Source: an uncultured delta proteobacterium (GTDB taxonomy: Bacteria > Desulfobacterota > Syntrophia > Syntrophales > Fen-1087). From it: a DNA stretch of 64,000 nucleotides. The stretch covers positions 401,435-465,434 of the forward strand of contig CAVPWE010000005.1 of assembly GCA_963709485.1 (NCBI GenBank), written 5' to 3'. Positions 38,424-48,151 of this stretch are shown here, one piece after another. The notes below the pieces were generated by a model. That model had not been told where the DNA came from and did not search any database. It saw nothing but the letters and a program-made list of their open reading frames with translations. Made by a program: the position numbers and the translations under genes. Position 1 is the first letter of the stretch; each line of letters starts with the position of its first letter.

Positions 38424-39206
38424 ATGGAGGACTACAGGGCCTTTGCCGTTGACATGGCGAGGGCATCCGGCATTCTTTTGAAGAAAAAACTGAATGACCT
38501 TCATACGATTGTCTTCAAGGGGGAGATCGATATCGTCACCGAGGCCGATCGCATCTCCGAAGACATGATCCTGTCCGCCATTCGCAACCGGTTCCCCCAT
38601 CACGATATCCTGTCGGAAGAATCCACGGCCACGGAAACCGGTTCGGCGTTCCGCTGGATCATAGATCCCCTGGACGGAACAACGAATTATGCTCACGGGT
38701 ATCCGGTATTCTGCGTATCCATCGCCCTCGAAAGGCGGGGCGATGTGATTCTGGGTGTGGTGTACAACCCCATGCTGGATGAAATGTTTGTCGCCGAAAA
38801 GGGGAGGGGCGCCTATTTGAACGGCTCCAGGCTTTCCGTTTCCGGGACACCCGTTCTTTCCCACGGTCTTCTGGCCACGGGATTTCCCTACGACATCCGG
38901 AAGGACAGGAACAACAATATCAATTATTTCGTGGAAATGGCCCGAAAAGTCCGGGCGATCCGACGCGCCGGTTCCGCCGCGCTGGACCTGGCCTATGTTG
39001 CCGCCGGCCGGTTCGACGGCTTCTGGGAACTGAAATTGATGCCCTGGGACACCGCAGCCGGAAGCCTCATGGTTCAGGAAGCCGGGGGCGATGTGACCGA
39101 CCTTTTCGGCTCACCCCACCAACTCACCTCGCCGCATGTCCTTGCCTCCAACGGGTCTCTGCATGAGGCGATGATCGCGGTTTTCAAAGAAACCGAATCC
39201 CCCTGA
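38424..39206 (+). CDS. inositol monophosphatase family protein (SuhB-like)
   Basis: Motifs ILSEES, WIIDPLDGTTNYAHG and WDTAAG; AAGGAGGAAGG SD upstream. Confidence 0.9.
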   Translation: MEDYRAFAVDMARASGILLKKKLNDLHTIVFKGEIDIVTEADRISEDMILSAIRNRFPHHDILSEESTATETGSAFRWIIDPLDGTTNYAHGYPVFCVSIALERRGDVILGVVYNPMLDEMFVAEKGRGAYLNGSRLSVSGTPVLSHGLLATGFPYDIRKDRNNNINYFVEMARKVRAIRRAGSAALDLAYVAAGRFDGFWELKLMPWDTAAGSLMVQEAGGDVTDLFGSPHQLTSPHVLASNGSLHEAMIAVFKETESP

Positions 39207-39336
39207 TCCGGGTCATTTCATTCTGAAAGAACCATCAAACCCTTCTGCAGATCCCCGAAATCCTCAACCCAATTCGGAAACAACCTTTCCGTACGGCCTG
39301 CACAATCCGGCTTGCCTACGCAAACGCGTCATTCAC

Positions 39337-39364
39337 TTGACAACGGGAATTTGGTGATTATATT
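39337..39364 (+). promoter_or_regulatory. candidate sigma70-type promoter of the hsp20 operon
   Basis: TTGACA (39337-39342), 16 nt spacer, TATATT (39359-39364). This leaves a leader of about 100 nt before ATG 39472. Consensus match only. Confidence 0.35.
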
Positions 39365-39471
39365 ACGGTCGAATGGTGATGTATCCAATAATATCAGTAT
39401 GTTATTGAACCTCCCGGGAAAGGGGGCTTCACCAGACAAAGGAAAACAAAAAAATAAAGGAGGTATGCATT

Positions 39472-39915
39472 ATGTTTGGACCTGGAGTTTGGAGATTTGG
39501 ACGGATTGCGGACCCGGTTACGGACATGCAGCGCCTGCAAAGAGAAATGAATCGCCTTTTTTCAGGCGCCTCGGAACTGTATGGGCACGATTTTCCCCCT
39601 GTGAATGTCTGGAGGGGGGAGGACGGCGTCATCGTGACGGCCGAAGCGCCGGGCATCGATCCGGAGAAGGTGGACATTTCCGTTGTGGGGGACAGTTTGA
39701 CCCTGTCCGGCATGCGCGAACGCGATGTTTTGAAGGAGGGCGAAAGCTACCACCGGCAGGAGCGAAACCAGGGACGGTTCACCAGGACCCTGCAGCTGCC
39801 TTTTCACGTGGAGTCCGGAAAAGTGGAAGCCAAGTATGAAAAGGGCGTGCTTCACATCACGCTTCCGAGGGCGGAAGCGGACAAGCCCCGAAAAATCAAA
39901 ATCAAAACCGAGTAA
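39472..39915 (+). CDS. Hsp20/alpha-crystallin family small heat-shock protein
   Basis: Alpha-crystallin domain ...PPVNVWRGEDGVIVTAEAPGIDPEKVDISVVGDSLTLSG...GVLHITLPR; AAGGAGG SD. Confidence 0.9.
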   Translation: MFGPGVWRFGRIADPVTDMQRLQREMNRLFSGASELYGHDFPPVNVWRGEDGVIVTAEAPGIDPEKVDISVVGDSLTLSGMRERDVLKEGESYHRQERNQGRFTRTLQLPFHVESGKVEAKYEKGVLHITLPRAEADKPRKIKIKTE

Positions 39916-39931
39916 AGGAGGCTGATCGTTT

Positions 39932-40336
39932 ATGGCAACCGAGGAAAAGGACATAAAGAAAAAACCGGCCCAGAACCCAGTGGAAACGGAGCGAACCAGG
40001 AGCCGCAAGGTTTTCCTGCCCAAGGTGGACATCTATGAAACAAAGGATTCCATCGTATTGATTGCCGACATGCCCGGTGTGGATGAAAATCACGTGGATA
40101 TGACCCTCGAGAAGAACATCCTGACCATCAACGGCCGGGTGGAACCGCAGGGGTTCCCGGGATACGGCGCGGCATACGCCGAATACGATGTCGGCGATTA
40201 TCAGCGGGCATTCACCATATCCGATGAGGTGGACCGTGACAGAATCGACGCCCGGGTCAAAAACGGCGTCCTGCGCGTAACTCTTCACAAGGCCGAACAG
40301 GTGAAGGCCCGGAAGATTGCCATCAAAGCGGAATAA
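39932..40336 (+). CDS. Hsp20/alpha-crystallin family small heat-shock protein
   Basis: PKVDIYETKDSIVLIADMPGVDENHVDMTLEKNILTINGR...GVLRVTLHK; 16 nt after the previous stop, with an AAGGAGG SD. Confidence 0.9.
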   Translation: MATEEKDIKKKPAQNPVETERTRSRKVFLPKVDIYETKDSIVLIADMPGVDENHVDMTLEKNILTINGRVEPQGFPGYGAAYAEYDVGDYQRAFTISDEVDRDRIDARVKNGVLRVTLHKAEQVKARKIAIKAE

Positions 40337-40356
40337 CAGGAAAGGAGGATAAGATC

Positions 40357-40863
40357 ATGGAGATCAAGAATCTTGTGCCTTCTCTCTGGAACAGCGGGAA
40401 CCTGCCGTCCCAGCGTGAGGAGGGCCATCCGTTCTTTTCCCTGCAGCGGGAAATGAACCGGATCTTTGACGATTTCTTTCAGGGATGGGACACGGCGCCG
40501 TTCGCCGGGCCGAGTGCACGCCTGGAACAGTTTCATCCGTCCATCGACGTCAGGGAAAGCGAGAAGGAGATCAGCGTGAAGGCGGAACTCCCTGGCCTGG
40601 AGGAAAAGGACGTCGAAGTCCTGCTGGACAACGAAACCCTCACGATCAAAGGGGAAAAGAAAGAGCAAAAGGAAGAAAAGGGGAAGAGCTATTACCATGT
40701 CGAATGCAGCTACGGCTCATTCCACCGCGTGATTCCCCTTCCCGGAAGCATCGACCAGAAGAAGGTTCAGGCCCAGTTCAAGAACGGCGTCCTGAGCATC
40801 ACGCTCCCCAAAACGGAGGAGGCAAGGACCAAAGGAAAAAAGATCCCGATCCACTCGGAATAA
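40357..40863 (+). CDS. Hsp20/alpha-crystallin family small heat-shock protein
   Basis: PSIDVRESEKEISVKAELPGLEEKDVEVLLDNETLTIKGEK...GVLSITLPK; 20 nt after the previous stop, with an AAAGGAGG SD. Confidence 0.9.
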   Translation: MEIKNLVPSLWNSGNLPSQREEGHPFFSLQREMNRIFDDFFQGWDTAPFAGPSARLEQFHPSIDVRESEKEISVKAELPGLEEKDVEVLLDNETLTIKGEKKEQKEEKGKSYYHVECSYGSFHRVIPLPGSIDQKKVQAQFKNGVLSITLPKTEEARTKGKKIPIHSE

Positions 40864-40898
40864 CACCCCCGACCTCCCCGGGTTCAAGCCCTGAACCA

Positions 40899-40930
40899 CT
40901 GCGCATCCCGCATCCGTTCGGGATGCGCAG
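40899..40930. terminator. perfect 12-bp stem / 8-nt loop hairpin between convergent hsp20 and yjbQ genes
   Basis: ctgcgcatcccg (40899-40910), loop catccgtt, cgggatgcgcag (40919-40930). No U-tract on either side, so intrinsic-terminator function is uncertain. Confidence 0.45.
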
Positions 40931-41032
40931 CGGAGGGGCTTCACCCCCTGCCAATCCCCCTCATCACAGCGCCGGGCCGAGGAAACGCAGCAAACGGAAA
41001 GTCGCCTGAAAAGCTGTCGTCTGGAAGTCCTT

Positions 41033-41431
41033 TCACGACGAAGAAATCTTCACAAGGACGCTCCTCGTCCGCGGTCCGTCGAACTCGCAGAAAAAGAGGG
41101 ATTGCCAAGTCCCGAGGACAAGATTCCCGGCCTCGACCAGAACCGTTTCGGAAGCCCCCACCAGGGAGGACTTCACATGGGCGGCGGAATTGCCTTCACG
41201 GTGGCGGTAGCGATCCTGCCAGGGGATGGCCTTGTCCAGGACCATGAGCATGTCCCGGGGGACGTCGGGATCGGCGTTTTCGTTGATGGTGACGGCGGCC
41301 GTCGTATGGGGGACAAAAACAAGGCAAACGCCGTCCCGAACGCCGCTTTCCTGAACCGCCGACCTCACCTGCCCCGTGATGTCGATCATCTCCGATCTCG
41401 CGCCGGTCCGGACAGTCAGTTTTCTGATCAT
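41033..41431 (-). CDS. YjbQ/UPF0047 family protein (secondary thiamine-phosphate synthase-like)
   Basis: Start moved to ATG 41431 (GGGGGAGAG SD). MIRKLTVRTGARSEMIDITGQV...VFVPHTTAAVTINENADPDV...GNSAAHVKSSLVGAS. Confidence 0.8.
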   Translation of the reverse strand: MIRKLTVRTGARSEMIDITGQVRSAVQESGVRDGVCLVFVPHTTAAVTINENADPDVPRDMLMVLDKAIPWQDRYRHREGNSAAHVKSSLVGASETVLVEAGNLVLGTWQSLFFCEFDGPRTRSVLVKISSS

Positions 41432-41448
41432 GATCGCTCTCCCCCTGT

Positions 41449-42240
41449 TCAATCGATTTGAAAAGATGACCGCTCCTCGTAGAAGCGCCTGCCGATCTCC
41501 AGGCCCCGGTCGATGAAGTCCGGCCCGTATCGCTGGCCTGTGGGCGTTCTGAATGTTTCGCGCACGCGACGGATTCCTTCGAGGCCGGGGAGAAAGTGTT
41601 TAAAGACGACGGCAAGCGGAGCCTTGCGGGAAGCCAGCATGGCCCAGAGCGTCTCCGTGAAATTATCCGGTCCCCAGCGGAATTTGTCGGCGTCGTAGAG
41701 GGTGTCCGACAGGAGCTGGTCGACGGGATCATGGAGCGGATCCTGGGGCTGAAACGCCTCATGATTGGCGATGGCCCGAACAATGGCGGAGCATTCCCCC
41801 GCATCCAGGGCAAAATCCGTTAAAATCCTTGCGGCCTCTTCGGCGCCCCGTTTCGCGTGATCCTTTTCCCGCCGCCTGACATCGTGCAGCAGCCCGGCCA
41901 GGTGCCCGAGCAGCACCAGCCGTTCCGTATCAGGGGGCAGGGGCACGCGCTTCAATTCGATCAGGATGATGGCGCCGGCATCCAGGGCCACTTTCCGGAT
42001 ATGGATCAGCCCGTGACCGTAACAGTCGCCGTAGCCGGAAACGATTTCAACGCAGTCCCTGACCAGCGGAGACTGCTCGTACAGGCGGGTCGACTCTGTA
42101 ATCGCATCATGATGGTGCGAGTAGAATTCGGGGTCTCCGACATCGGCTGCGATTTTCTCCGTCAGATTTTTCGCCTGAAGATATGCCGGATCCTCCAAAT
42201 GCGCCGCCTCCCTATGGCTCACTTTCCCCGCAACCGCCAT
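41449..42240 (-). CDS. HD-domain phosphohydrolase-like protein
   Basis: HGLIHIRKVALDAG and GHLAGLLHDVRR (H...HD pattern). The exact start is uncertain. Confidence 0.6.
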   Translation of the reverse strand: MAVAGKVSHREAAHLEDPAYLQAKNLTEKIAADVGDPEFYSHHHDAITESTRLYEQSPLVRDCVEIVSGYGDCYGHGLIHIRKVALDAGAIILIELKRVPLPPDTERLVLLGHLAGLLHDVRRREKDHAKRGAEEAARILTDFALDAGECSAIVRAIANHEAFQPQDPLHDPVDQLLSDTLYDADKFRWGPDNFTETLWAMLASRKAPLAVVFKHFLPGLEGIRRVRETFRTPTGQRYGPDFIDRGLEIGRRFYEERSSFQID

Positions 42241-42443
42241 TCCATGTCAAGCGCTTTTTGCCGGGAGGATCGGCACTGCCTGTCCTTCACCGTGCCGGCA
42301 CCTGCCCTGCCCCGGTTTTACCGACACGGCTTCAATGCGGCCAGTGCAGCGGCGGGAATACCGGTGCCAAGAAAGGTGTGTCGTCGCGACCGGACGCGAA
42401 TAAAACCGTCGGGATTCGGTGCGCCGGAAGGCTGTCGGAAGGC

Positions 42444-42472
42444 TTGACAATTTTGGCCGCCATCGGTAGAGT
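42444..42472 (+). promoter_or_regulatory. candidate sigma70-type promoter for the UbiA-family gene
   Basis: TTGACA (42444-42449), 17 nt spacer, TAGAGT (42467-42472), about 70 nt upstream of ATG 42545. Consensus match only. Confidence 0.35.
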
Positions 42473-42544
42473 TCAGGTGCATCGCGCCTATTTTCCATTT
42501 CCGGGGAAGCCGCGCAGACAGCCTATACAATCGGAAGTGAGATC

Positions 42545-43441
42545 ATGTTTTCAGGAATCAGGAAATATATTCTCGTGACCCGCCCCTGGTCATTCACGAT
42601 GTCCCTCGTTTCCGTCACGGTGGGCACGCTGCTCGCAGCCGAGAACGGCCCCATCGACTGGATGTGGTTCGCTGTTGCCGCCTTCGGCATCACCCTGTTT
42701 CACGCGGCCGCCAACGTGATCAATGACTACTTCGACACGCTGTACCGGATCGATCAGCCGGATTCGCCCACGGTGAAATACAGGCCCCAGCCCATTATCT
42801 CGGGAATGCTCACGCCGCGCCAGGTCCTGTGGGAGGCGGTTGTTCTTTTTTCTCTGACCATTGTCATCGGCCTCGCAACCGCCCTGATGAGGTCCTATCA
42901 TGTCCTCTGGTTCGGCATCATCGGGCTCCTGACGAGCATTTATTACACGGCCGGCCCGGTGAAGTTCAAGTACCGCGCCCTGGGAGAATTCGCGGTGTTC
43001 ATGATGTGGGGCCCGCTGATGGTCGAAGGGGCCTATGCAGTCCAGCGCCAGGCCCTTTCTGTCAAGGCGCTGTACATGTCCATTCCCTTCGGCCTGCTGG
43101 TGGCCCTCGTGCTCTTCGCCAACAACATGCGGGACATCGACTACGATTCCCGGCATAATGTGAAAACGCTGAGCATCCTCCTGGGAAGCCGCAGGAGCTA
43201 TGTCCTCTTCGCGGGCATGATTACAGCCGCCTACGCCTACGTCGTGGGAATGATGGCCCTGGGCATCATGAGCCTGTGGGGGTTTCTGATTTTCCTGTCG
43301 CTGCCGAAGGCCGTCAGCCTTCTCAAGACCTTCCGGGAAAAAATCCCGGATATGGCCGATGCCCTGACCGCCCAGTTCGACATGGTCTTCGGGGTCCTCC
43401 TCATCGCCGCCATTTTCATGGAAACCCTGGTGCTCCGGTGA
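42545..43441 (+). CDS. UbiA-family polyprenyltransferase (MenA-like)
   Basis: Multi-TM protein with Asp-rich motifs NVINDYFDTLYRID and NNMRDIDYD. Confidence 0.75.
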   Translation: MFSGIRKYILVTRPWSFTMSLVSVTVGTLLAAENGPIDWMWFAVAAFGITLFHAAANVINDYFDTLYRIDQPDSPTVKYRPQPIISGMLTPRQVLWEAVVLFSLTIVIGLATALMRSYHVLWFGIIGLLTSIYYTAGPVKFKYRALGEFAVFMMWGPLMVEGAYAVQRQALSVKALYMSIPFGLLVALVLFANNMRDIDYDSRHNVKTLSILLGSRRSYVLFAGMITAAYAYVVGMMALGIMSLWGFLIFLSLPKAVSLLKTFREKIPDMADALTAQFDMVFGVLLIAAIFMETLVLR

Positions 43442-44028
43442 TCGCCGGGGCAATCCTCCTGGCCTTCTGCTGCTGGGCGTTCACATTCGGGCTGGCCTGG
43501 GGAAACTTCTGGGTCAAGATCGGCCTCTCGGTGATCGTTATCTGCCTGTATTCGCTCCGCTGGCAGAAGCCCTCCATCCGCTTCAGGATCCGGTCCGTCA
43601 TCATCGGGGTAATTTCCGCGGCCGTCCTGTACGGTATTTTTTATCTGGGAAATGCCTGGGCGCCCTATTTCGTTCCGGGGGCGGGCAACCAGGTGGGCGG
43701 TATCTACGGGCTGGGCACGGGCGCCAGCCGGTTTCTGATCTTTCTGCTCCTGTGTTTCGTCACGGGACCCGGTGAGGAAATCTTCTGGCGGGGATTCCTT
43801 CAAGAAAACCTCATGAAGCGGTTCGGCAGCGCCCGGGGATTCGCCCTGGGGACGCTCGTCTACGCCGGCGTCCACGTCTTCTCGATGAACTTTGTCCTCA
43901 TCATGGCGGCGCTGGTGGCCGGGGCCTTCTGGGGAGGGCTCTATCTCTGGAAAGGGGACCTGGGAATGGTGATCGTGTCCCACTCGCTCTGGAGCGCTTT
44001 CATCTTCGCCGTCTTCCCCATTCACTGA
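43438..44028 (+). CDS. CPBP-family intramembrane glutamic endopeptidase (CAAX protease-like)
   Basis: Start moved to GTG 43438 (GTGA overlap with the upstream stop). Motifs GPGEEIFWRGFL and VSHSLWSAF; multi-TM. Confidence 0.75.
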   Translation: MIAGAILLAFCCWAFTFGLAWGNFWVKIGLSVIVICLYSLRWQKPSIRFRIRSVIIGVISAAVLYGIFYLGNAWAPYFVPGAGNQVGGIYGLGTGASRFLIFLLLCFVTGPGEEIFWRGFLQENLMKRFGSARGFALGTLVYAGVHVFSMNFVLIMAALVAGAFWGGLYLWKGDLGMVIVSHSLWSAFIFAVFPIH

Positions 44029-44050
44029 ATTTGCGGGGTGCGGCGACCAT

Positions 44051-45157
44051 TTATTTCTGCCAGAGTTTCAGATACCTGCCGTAGCCCTCTTTCTCCAGGT
44101 CTTCCTTCGGAATGAATCGCAGCGCGGCCGAGTTCATGCAGTAGCGCCGCCCCGTCGGCGCGGGGCCATCCGGGAAGACGTGCCCGAGGTGCGAATCGGC
44201 ACGCCGGCTCCTGACCTCGGTGCGGCTCATCAGCAGGCTGCGATCCTCCTTCTCAACAACATTCCCGGAATCGAGAGGCCGGGTGAAGCTGGGCCAGCCC
44301 GTGCCGGAATCGAATTTGTCGAGGGAGCTGAAGAGCGGCTCCCCGGAGACGACATCGACGTAGATGCCGTCCCGCTTGTTCTTCTCATACTCGTTGCGGA
44401 AAGGCGGTTCGGTGCCGCTCTTTTGAGTGACCTCGTACTGCAGGGGGGTCAGCTTCTTCCGCAGCGTCCCTTCGTCGGGCTTCCGGTAGACGTCTTCGAC
44501 CGCCGGGACGGGCCCGCCGTTTCCCTTTTCCCAGACCTTATCAAGGAAACGGTCTCTCCCCGATCCCTGCCTGTAGACTTTGTACCGCAGCGGGTTCTTT
44601 TCGCCATAATCCTGATGATAGTCCTCCGCCGCAAAGAACCGGTCGAACTTGCTGATTTCCGTCATGATCGGCTTGGCAAAGCGTCCGGATTTCGCCAGCG
44701 TCTCCTTCGATTTTTCCGCGATACGCCGCTGCTCCTCGTCATGATAAAAAATGGCGCTCCGGTAATGCGGGCCTCTGTCTGCAAACTGCCCCCCGCCATC
44801 CGTCGGATCGATGTGCCTCCAGAACTGGTCGAGGAGCTGCTCGTAGCCGACCTTGGCCGGGTCGTAGAAAACCTGAACAGCCTCGACATGCCCGGTCTTC
44901 ATGTAGTTTTCGTAGGTCGGTTGATCCCCGCTCCCGCCGGTGTAGCCGGACACGACGTTCAGAACGCCCAGTAGTTTTTTGAAATCGCTCTCCACGCACC
45001 AGAAACAGCCGCCGGCAAAGGTGGCCGTCCGGATCTCTGCCTTCGTCTCCATCGCTTTATCTTTCACCTCCCGTTTATCGCCGCTTCCCGCCCCGCAACC
45101 CAGGACCAACAGCGCCGTCAATATCGCCAGCATCGCACTTTTCATGTCAGTCTCCAT
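44051..45157 (-). CDS. msrAB: exported bifunctional methionine sulfoxide reductase MsrA-MsrB (probable lipoprotein)
   Basis: Lipobox-like LLVLGC. MsrA motif GGCFWCVE; MsrB motifs GTGWPSF and [11 protein letters not shown]. Confidence 0.9.
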   Translation of the reverse strand: METDMKSAMLAILTALLVLGCGAGSGDKREVKDKAMETKAEIRTATFAGGCFWCVESDFKKLLGVLNVVSGYTGGSGDQPTYENYMKTGHVEAVQVFYDPAKVGYEQLLDQFWRHIDPTDGGGQFADRGPHYRSAIFYHDEEQRRIAEKSKETLAKSGRFAKPIMTEISKFDRFFAAEDYHQDYGEKNPLRYKVYRQGSGRDRFLDKVWEKGNGGPVPAVEDVYRKPDEGTLRKKLTPLQYEVTQKSGTEPPFRNEYEKNKRDGIYVDVVSGEPLFSSLDKFDSGTGWPSFTRPLDSGNVVEKEDRSLLMSRTEVRSRRADSHLGHVFPDGPAPTGRRYCMNSAALRFIPKEDLEKEGYGRYLKLWQK

Positions 45158-45446
45158 TCCGGACAGTGTCCGTTCTCAGTACAGTAAATTTAGCGACGAT
45201 ATGCGGATTGTCAAATAACCGTTGCAGGTATGGAGCTGAAGTTTCTTTATAATCTGCAAAGAGCTGCGCGGAATATTTCTATTCAGCAAAAAGTGAAGGC
45301 AGCCACACCAAACAGCAGAAGTTTTAGCGACCCTCATGATTTTATGCGAAACGCGATCGGAAAGCTTTGATCCGTGCGTATTAATATGTTATACAATCAT
45401 ACGGAAAGATCTTTTGTATTCTTTGAACTTTTCCGGGAGGTGATTC

Positions 45447-48053
45447 ATGTCGATCCGGGGTGGATGTTTCGGGAAGATTGTCCTGGCGCCCATACTCATG
45501 GCCTTTATTCTTCTCGGTTTGGTTTTCGAAGGAACCGGGCATTCGGAAGGCGAAATCCCGGGACCGATCCTTCTGGGGGAGCAGCCGAGAGGCATTGCGA
45601 TCCATACTGCCAGAAACCGGGCCGTCGTAACAAATGAGAAGTCCAATACCGTATCGATCGTGGATTTAAGCACGCAGACGGTGCTGTCTGTCGTTCCTGT
45701 CGGCAACGGGCCGAAAGGGGTTGCCATCGACAGGGAAAAGAATCTCGCCCTGATCGGTAACAACAAGGACGGTACGGTTTCCATTCTTGATCTCGGTACA
45801 TTCAATGTCGTTGCAACCGTGCCGGTGGGAAAGTCTCCGGAAGGCATGGCCATCGATTCGTCGACCCATCTGGCGGCCGTTGCAAATCGTCTGGATCACA
45901 CGATATCCGTACTTGATTTGAATACGCGACAGGTGATTGCAACGGTGCCGGCGGGCATGGAGCCGATAGACGTGGCGATCCTGGAGGCGCCTGCGCAGCC
46001 CGGCATGGCGCTTGTCATAAACAGTGTGGACCGTAACATGGCGGTCATAGACTTCAGCACGTTTGAAGTAACCCGGACGATTGCCCTTGAGAAGAAGCCC
46101 TCTTCCATAGATGTGAATCCGAATGCCAGCCTTGCCGTGGCAACCAACGTGCAGGAAAATTCAATCACGGTCATGGATACACAAACAGGGCAGGCGCGTA
46201 TCATCCCGGTGGGGAAACATCCCATCGACACCGCCATCGACACCGTGGGCAACCGGGCGCTTGTCATCTGCGATGAGGACAGGACCCTTGTCCTTGTGGA
46301 TCTGAATATGGATGCAATCGTCGCAACCTATGATTTGAACAAGCTTCCGAAGGGTGTTGCCGTAAACGAGCTGACGGGCTTGGCCGCCATCATTGACGAC
46401 AAGACGGACAGTCTCACGCTTGTGCAACTGCCTGTTGCCCCGGATCAGCCGAAGGTGGAGATCACATCGCCTGCGGACAATGTCGTCCTGAATGCATCGC
46501 CGGCAACGGTAATGGGAACTGTAACCAACAGTGTCAATGTGACGGTGAACGGCATTGCGGCGACCGTCAAGCGGTATCGCCTTCTCCGCGTCCGTTCCGC
46601 TGGTTGAAGGCCAAAATGCCATCACGGCCATCGCCACCGATTCGTACGGCCGGACGGCGTCGTACAGCATCACGGTGACCCTTGCCACGAATGCAGTCAT
46701 AACCGGAACCGTAACAACCGCATTGACGGGGCTTCCCATCAACGCCGCATCGGTATCCGTAACCGATGCGGCAGGGGTCACGCGAACCGCGGTTACAGAC
46801 GACGACCGGGGCCTATCGGATAGCCGGCATTGCAGTTGGCGCCTTCACGGGGAATATTGCAAAGGAAGGGTATGTCCCGTTCAGCGTTTGCCGATTCCGC
46901 GGCCATGGGTCAGACCATCATGACGGATGCCACCATGGAGCCGATTCCTCCCGTTATCAGCGCAATCACGGTCAGGGACGTAACCTCCGATTCCGCCAGG
47001 GTCGCCTGGACGACCGACCAGCCCACCGACAGCCTTGTGGAATATGGCGAGACCATCGCTTACGGCAGTCAGGCGGCGGATGCGACTTTGACGACAAGCC
47101 ACAGTCTGCTTCTTACCGGGTTGACTCCCTCGAAGACATACCACTTCCGAGTTGCGTCAAAAGCCGCAAACGGTGCTTTGGCTGTATCAGCGGAGGGCAT
47201 GTTCACGACAAAAGCGCAGGTCGTCATCACAATCACATCGCCGGTTGACGGCGCCTCCATCACGGACCTGAGCGCGATGGTGGCCGGAACCGTAACCAAC
47301 ACCTCGAACAACGAGACGGGGGTCACCGTCAACGGGATCGTGGCCGCGGCGACAGGGGGCCGATTTGCCGCAAGCCATGTTCCGCTGACGGCGGGGGCGA
47401 ACATGATCACCGTCAGAGCGGTCGACTCGGAGGGAACTGTGGCAACACAGTCCATCACGGTCTATGCGACCGCAGCCGCTCATTACATCAGCATCAGAGC
47501 AAATCCCGAATCCGGCACGGTCCCCCTGGAGATCAAACTGAGGGTATACGGCTCCTTCGGCATCACCAATCCTTCAATCGTACCGACCGGCCCCGGGCCT
47601 GTGGAGCAATTGGCAAGCGCCGATCCTGATGAATACATTTACAGGATGACGACGGAAGGGATATACGCTTTTACCGTCCAGGCTTCCGGGCCCGACGGTA
47701 TCCTCTATCAGGACACCGTTTTTGTTGCCGTGTTCTCCGCCGCACAGATTGACGCCCTGTTGCGGGTAAAGTGGGAAGGGATGAAGGGGGCATTGAGCAA
47801 TCAAGACATCGACGGCGCGGTAATGTATTTTGCTTCCGCAGCTCAGGGAGTTTACAAGCGCCTGTTCACCGGCTTGAAGCCCGTTCTATCCAGGGTTGTC
47901 GACGAACTGAATACAGCCCGGGTTAACAGGATATCCATCCGGAACAATATGGCAATCTATGAGATTCTCGTTGAAAGAAACGGGACTACGTATTCGTTCC
48001 AGCTCCAATTCATAAAAGACAACGACGGCGTCTGGAAAATATTCAAATATTGA
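45447..48053 (+). pseudogene. large exported YVTN beta-propeller / Ig-like / CarboxypepD_reg-like / FN3 protein interrupted by three +1 frameshifts
   Basis: Four track ORFs (45447..46607 frame 0, 46555..46923 frame 1, 46766..47248 frame 2, 46830..48053 frame 0) read as one protein. NVTVNGIAATV | SGIAFSASVPLVEGQNAITAIATD joins at about 46569. AVTDDD | GAYRIAGIAVGAFTGNIAKEGYVPFSV joins at about 46807, and that segment continues as | ADSAAMGQ...PPVISAITVRDVTSDSARVAWTTD at about 46889. N-terminal signal peptide and repeated YVTN-type blades (N.VSV.DL...V..T..VG..P.G.A). Confidence 0.8.
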
Positions 48054-48151
48054 GGAAGCACAAAATCTCTCGGCGCCATTTGAATCCGGCCCGGTGAAAG
48101 GTGCGGGAGTGCATGAAGGTTGAGCGGTCTGATTCTGAAGGAGTGGGGAAG

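Noticed and set aside
39312-39839. 175-aa ORF overlapping the first hsp20 gene in another frame, including an ATG at 39465.
   Set aside because: Its translation is not protein-like (GGMHYVWTWSLEIWTDCGPGYGH...). The frame starting at 39472 gives a complete alpha-crystallin domain.
40876-40898. tRNA-like T-arm string cccgggttcaagccctgaacc downstream of the third hsp20 gene.
   Set aside because: The flanks do not form a 5-bp T-stem (CCGGG versus CCTGA). No acceptor, D or anticodon arms can be built, so this is not a tRNA.
42296-42311. Sigma-54-like element cGGCACctgcccTGCc (GG-N10-GC spacing) in the HD / UbiA divergent spacer.
   Set aside because: Only the minimal GG/GC dinucleotides plus a few flanking bases match, and the element lies about 235 nt from the nearest downstream start. 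Such matches are expected by chance in GC-rich sequence, and no enhancer-binding protein gene is nearby.
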